A stretch of 20,423 bases of DNA from Gemmatimonadota bacterium. GTDB lineage: Bacteria; Gemmatimonadota; Gemmatimonadetes; Longimicrobiales; RSA9. Location of the stretch: positions 1-20,423 of the forward strand of contig JBBDRO010000017.1 of NCBI GenBank assembly GCA_040905425.1, given 5' to 3'. The translations under genes and the position numbers were made by a program. This document shows, piece after piece, positions 17,244 to 20,423 of this stretch (within the stretch, counting starts at the first letter, position 1; each line of letters begins with the position of its first letter). The notes beneath the pieces are model-generated. The model worked only from the letters and a program-made list of their open reading frames with translations. It ran no database searches and had not been told where the DNA came from.

Positions 17244-18308
17244 TCAGGGCGGGGGCGTGAGGAAGAGGTCTACCATGACCTCGAAGGCAGACTGGAGCGC
17301 CGGTCCGATGGTCTGGCCGGATACGTTCCCGAGCAGGACGAGCGAGGTGCCGGAGGGAGCATGACTCAGCATGAAGGCGGTGGCGCCGGCGCCGACGCCC
17401 TGGGCGCGGTACACGTCGCCGCCCCGCAGAAAGAGGGCGGCTGCCTGGGGGCGCAGGAGGGTGCCGTCGAAGAGCGCCACGCCGAAGCGTGCCAGATCCG
17501 GTGCGGTTGCCAGATAGGCCCCCGCCCCCCACTTGCAGCGGTTGTCCACCGCTTCTTCCGGAACCACGCCGGTCGCGGTCTCGACCAGCGGTGTAGCCAG
17601 GTCGGCGGGCGTCTCAGGAGCGTCGAGGCGCGTGCGACTCATGGCGGCCGGATCCAGTACCAGGTGGTCCATGAGTTCGGGGAAGGGCTCGCCCGCCGCC
17701 ACCTCGAGCACGGCGCTCAGCAGGACGTACCCCCACGACGAGTAGGCCTCGGCTCCCGGATCCAGGGGGACCAGCGGGTCGTCGGCAAAGATCGGCAGAG
17801 CGTCATGGACCGTGGCGCAGGGGACCAGGCTGCGCGCCTCGCCTGCCCGGTAGTGCCGGATGCCGGCCTCATGGTTGGCCAGCCCCATCACGGTCACGGG
17901 CCGGTTCTTGACCGGGAAGGAGGGAAGGTAGCGCTGGACGGGGGCTGCGGGATCGAGGCGCCCCGTCTCCATGAGACGGGCGCCGGCCGCGGCCGTCATG
18001 GCCTTGGTGAGGCTGTAGACGCGGAAGAGGGTCAGCTCCGGATCAACCGGCCGGCGCCCCGCTTCGTCGGCGTTGCCGAGGCCCTCGACCCAGAGCGCCG
18101 AGGGGCCACGGTGCACCACGACGGCAATGCCCGCGCCCCGCTCGGCGATCGGGCGCAGGAGCGAGCGGACGGAGTCGATCGCGCTCCCGTAGGCCTCCGC
18201 CGCCACGACGGTGCGAACGGGCACGTCGGTCGTCGCGGTCGGAACACGCGGGCCGCACGCGGTCGCGACCAGCCCCAGGGAGGTGAGGATGGAGAGTGAG
18301 CGATTCAT
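17244..18308 (-). CDS. Serine hydrolase, beta-lactamase class C/AmpC-like family, probable lipoprotein, 354 aa
   Basis: SxxK in FRVYSLTKAMT; LANHEAGIRHY; YSSWGYVLL; signal peptide MNRSLSILTSLGLVATAC. Start at ATG 18308 overlaps the upstream stop (ATGA). Confidence 0.9.
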   Translation of the reverse strand: MNRSLSILTSLGLVATACGPRVPTATTDVPVRTVVAAEAYGSAIDSVRSLLRPIAERGAGIAVVVHRGPSALWVEGLGNADEAGRRPVDPELTLFRVYSLTKAMTAAAGARLMETGRLDPAAPVQRYLPSFPVKNRPVTVMGLANHEAGIRHYRAGEARSLVPCATVHDALPIFADDPLVPLDPGAEAYSSWGYVLLSAVLEVAAGEPFPELMDHLVLDPAAMSRTRLDAPETPADLATPLVETATGVVPEEAVDNRCKWGAGAYLATAPDLARFGVALFDGTLLRPQAAALFLRGGDVYRAQGVGAGATAFMLSHAPSGTSLVLLGNVSGQTIGPALQSAFEVMVDLFLTPPP

Positions 18309-19099
18309 GTCAGCAGGATCCAGAGGGAAGGGAGGATCAGGAACACGCCGCAGGCTATCAGCCCACGCATCGACGCGCCGGACAGGTGGACCAGAGCGGG
18401 TCCGATCAGCCGGTTGGCGAACGGCCGCCACCTCATGCCAGCCAGCCCCAGTACGGTCCACCAGGCTGCGGTGAAGACCGCCACGAGGCCCGCGATCCAC
18501 CTCCAGTACGAGGGGTCTCTGGTACCGGGGATCGGTGGCGCGCCGGGATTGGCCCAGCCATCGAGGAAGCCACCGATCTGGGCACTCGACCAGACCGCCA
18601 CCGCGGGTGCCGCGAGCAGCAGGACCAGGACCGCCAGGACCGTGAGCGTCCAGTAGGTCCGGAGGACCAGCTCGCCGAGCTCGGAGGACGCCCGATCTCC
18701 GGCCATGAGGGCCACGCGCGCCACAGCCCCTCCCGCGGCCAGGAGCGCCATCCCTGGAACGGGTCGTTCGAAGGTGGCCAGGAGTAGCCCCACGAGGCCG
18801 AGTGCGATCACCACCATGAGGGCCGTGGGGGCTCCCCGAGGCGGCGCGGCTTCCGCGCCGGCGAGGCGGGGCCCGCCCTCCCACCGCCCGGGCGTACCCA
18901 GCCGCTCCAGCACCTGGGCGAGGCGCTCCGCCGTGATCGGTGCGCCCGGATCCTCGTCGGCCAGTTCGGCCTCGACGTGCTCCCGTATGCCTGCCGCCAC
19001 GTCGTCGGCGTCCACGTCGTCCCGGGCCGCCGCAACCCGCCGCACCTCGTCCAGGTACCTTTCCAGGTGGTCCCGTGCCCTGTCAGTCAGCGCTATCAT
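18305..19099 (-). CDS. HAAS/DUF1700-like domain multi-pass membrane protein, 264 aa
   Basis: N-terminus LERYLDEVRR..DVAAGIREHVEAEL..VLERLGTP followed by ~5 hydrophobic segments. Overlaps the end of padR5. Confidence 0.82.
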   Translation of the reverse strand: MIALTDRARDHLERYLDEVRRVAAARDDVDADDVAAGIREHVEAELADEDPGAPITAERLAQVLERLGTPGRWEGGPRLAGAEAAPPRGAPTALMVVIALGLVGLLLATFERPVPGMALLAAGGAVARVALMAGDRASSELGELVLRTYWTLTVLAVLVLLLAAPAVAVWSSAQIGGFLDGWANPGAPPIPGTRDPSYWRWIAGLVAVFTAAWWTVLGLAGMRWRPFANRLIGPALVHLSGASMRGLIACGVFLILPSLWILLT

Positions 19100-19433
19100 C
19101 ACCCCTGAGTTCCTCCACTCCGCCGGTCATTGCCGCCCAGATCGCGTTCATGCGCTCCAGGGTCGCTTCGCCCACCGGGGTCAGGCGGTAGTACTTGCGC
19201 GCGGGCCCCTCCGGAGACGGCTCGAGCGAGGACTCGACCAGCCGCTCGCGCTGGAGCCGGCTCATGATCGGATAGATCGTCCCCTCGCCGATCACCAGTC
19301 CGCGCACGCGCCGCAGGCGCTTCACGATCTCGTAGCCGTAGAGCCGCTCATCGCGGATGGCGTTGAGCACCGCGAGTTCCAGGACACCCTTCCGGGCCTG
19401 CGTGGTCCAGTTCTCCGCAAATTCCTCGTTCAC
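19083..19433 (-). CDS. PadR-family transcriptional regulator, 116 aa (PadR5)
   Basis: WTTQARKGVLELAVL..YGYEIV..GEGTIYPIMSRL..SPEGPARKYYRLT. GTG 19433 is preferred to TTG 19451 because the latter lies inside the predicted promoter. Confidence 0.92.
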   Translation of the reverse strand: MNEEFAENWTTQARKGVLELAVLNAIRDERLYGYEIVKRLRRVRGLVIGEGTIYPIMSRLQRERLVESSLEPSPEGPARKYYRLTPVGEATLERMNAIWAAMTGGVEELRGDDSAD

Positions 19434-19439
19434 GAATCC

Positions 19440-19468
19440 ACTATAGTGCAATGACAGGTAGCTGGCAA
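19440..19468 (-). promoter_or_regulatory. Sigma70 promoter of padR5, probably leaderless
   Basis: Minus strand TTGCCA (19463-19468), 17 bp, TATAGT (19440-19445), then 6 nt to the GTG. No SD. Confidence 0.7.
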
Positions 19469-19494
19469 TGGGCAGGCGCTGAACACGGGGTCCC

Positions 19495-19527
19495 TTGCCT
19501 CTAAAGATCTATAAGACTATATCTTTA
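19495..19527 (+). promoter_or_regulatory. Putative gntR promoter overlapped by a palindromic operator
   Basis: TTGCCT (19495-19500). TAAAGATCTA-N6-TATATCTTTA (19502-19527; arms 9/10 complementary) ends 2 nt before the ATG. Confidence 0.6.
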
Positions 19528-19529
19528 CC

Positions 19530-20423
19530 ATGACGGCGACGAGAACCCCGGCAGGCACGGCCCCGTCCACCCTGGTGGCCCGACTGCGCGACGCGCTGGA
19601 CCGCGACGACCCGGTTCCGCTCTACCATCAGGTGGCGTCGGTGCTGCGGTGGGAGATCGGGCTCGGCCGTGCGGCGGTCGGGGAGCCGCTGCCACCGATC
19701 CGGTGGCTGTCGGAGGCGATCGGTGTGAACTACCACACGGTGCGGCGCGCGTATACGGCGCTGGCGGAGGAAGGGGTGGCGGAGCCGATGCGAGGGGTGG
19801 GAACCGTGGTGCGGGGTCGTCCGACGCGGGTGGCGTGGCGGCCCGTGGGCGCGCCGGGAACAGGGCCTGCGCCCGGGCCGGGCGCGGCCGGTCCCGGCTG
19901 CGCCGCGGGTGGCCGGGTGGTGGTGGTCGAGTGCAACATGACGCAGGCGGCGGCGCTGGCGCGGCAGGTGGCCTGTGCGAGCGGGGTGGTGACGGTGCCG
20001 TGGCTGCTGGAGGGGTACGGCGAACCGCCGGCGGGCCTGCTCCTGGGGACGACGTTCCACGAGCTGGAGATGCGCCGGCTGTGGCCGCAGCGCGAAGCGG
20101 GGATACGGGCATTGCGGCTAGAGCTGGACCCGGAGGCGGGGGATGTGGTGCGCCGCATCGCGGCGTCGCTGGGCGTGAGGCGAGTGGTGATGGTGGAGCG
20201 GGACGTGGGTACCGCGGAGTCGATTTCGGCCGAGCTGCGGGAGGCGCTGGCCGGCGCGCCGCTGGCGGTCGAGCGGATTGCGTCGCCGGCGCTGCGGCCG
20301 GCCGACGTCCCGGACGCGCTGGTGGTCTACGCGCCGCGCGTGTGGGACGGGCTGGCATGGCGCGAGCGATCGGACCCGCGGGCCATGACGCTCCGCATGC
20401 CTTTCCCCGCCGGGGAGCTTGCT
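19530..20423 (+). CDS. GntR-family transcriptional regulator (partial, runs off the window end)
   Basis: Manual translation is open for 298 codons: DRDDPVPLYHQVASVLRWEIGLG..GEPLPPIRWLSEAIGVNYHTVRRAYTALAEEG..RGVGTVV (GntR wHTH), then an effector region with VVVVECN and GTTFH. Not in the ORF track because there is no stop in the window. Confidence 0.88.
   Translation, partial: MTATRTPAGTAPSTLVARLRDALDRDDPVPLYHQVASVLRWEIGLGRAAVGEPLPPIRWLSEAIGVNYHTVRRAYTALAEEGVAEPMRGVGTVVRGRPTRVAWRPVGAPGTGPAPGPGAAGPGCAAGGRVVVVECNMTQAAALARQVACASGVVTVPWLLEGYGEPPAGLLLGTTFHELEMRRLWPQREAGIRALRLELDPEAGDVVRRIAASLGVRRVVMVERDVGTAESISAELREALAGAPLAVERIASPALRPADVPDALVVYAPRVWDGLAWRERSDPRAMTLRMPFPAGELA

Noticed and set aside
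17244..18308. Calling the hydrolase ampC or a resistance gene
   Set aside because: Only family-level similarity; motifs 2 and 3 deviate from class C beta-lactamases.
18309..18884. 546-aa version of the serine hydrolase
   Set aside because: Off-frame read of the HAAS gene; the signal peptide begins at 18308.
19509..20358. Pro/Arg-rich minus-strand ORFs
   Set aside because: Shadows of the plus-strand gntR gene.
1..20423. CRISPR array, tRNA/rRNA, IS element, integrase or prophage
   Set aside because: No regularly spaced repeats, RNA gene signatures, or transposase, integrase or phage genes were seen by inspection.

Overview
Very GC-rich bacterial DNA. The gene content suggests Gemmatimonadota or Acidobacteriota (inference). 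The window is dominated by five PadR-regulator + membrane-partner pairs. Four partners are ~870-910 aa duplicated MacB/FtsX-type 'ADOP' ABC permeases. The fifth is a HAAS/DUF1700-like multi-TM protein followed by a beta-lactamase-family serine hydrolase lipoprotein. Only one MacB/LolD-type ABC ATPase is present, in the middle of the array, followed by a short remnant of a further permease. Also present: a DUF3667 membrane protein, a small TM protein with a DUF6576-like tail, a vapBC toxin-antitoxin pair, an AraC regulator and a partial GntR regulator that the ORF track missed. The best hidden signal is regulatory. Three PadR-permease operons share one promoter layout (two palindromic sites ~33-35 bp apart, one over the -35 and one just after the -10), but each uses a different palindrome. 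PadR subtype also co-varies with the N-terminal domain of its partner. The protein families are known; their function and this wiring are inference. No rRNA, tRNA, CRISPR array or transposase was seen.
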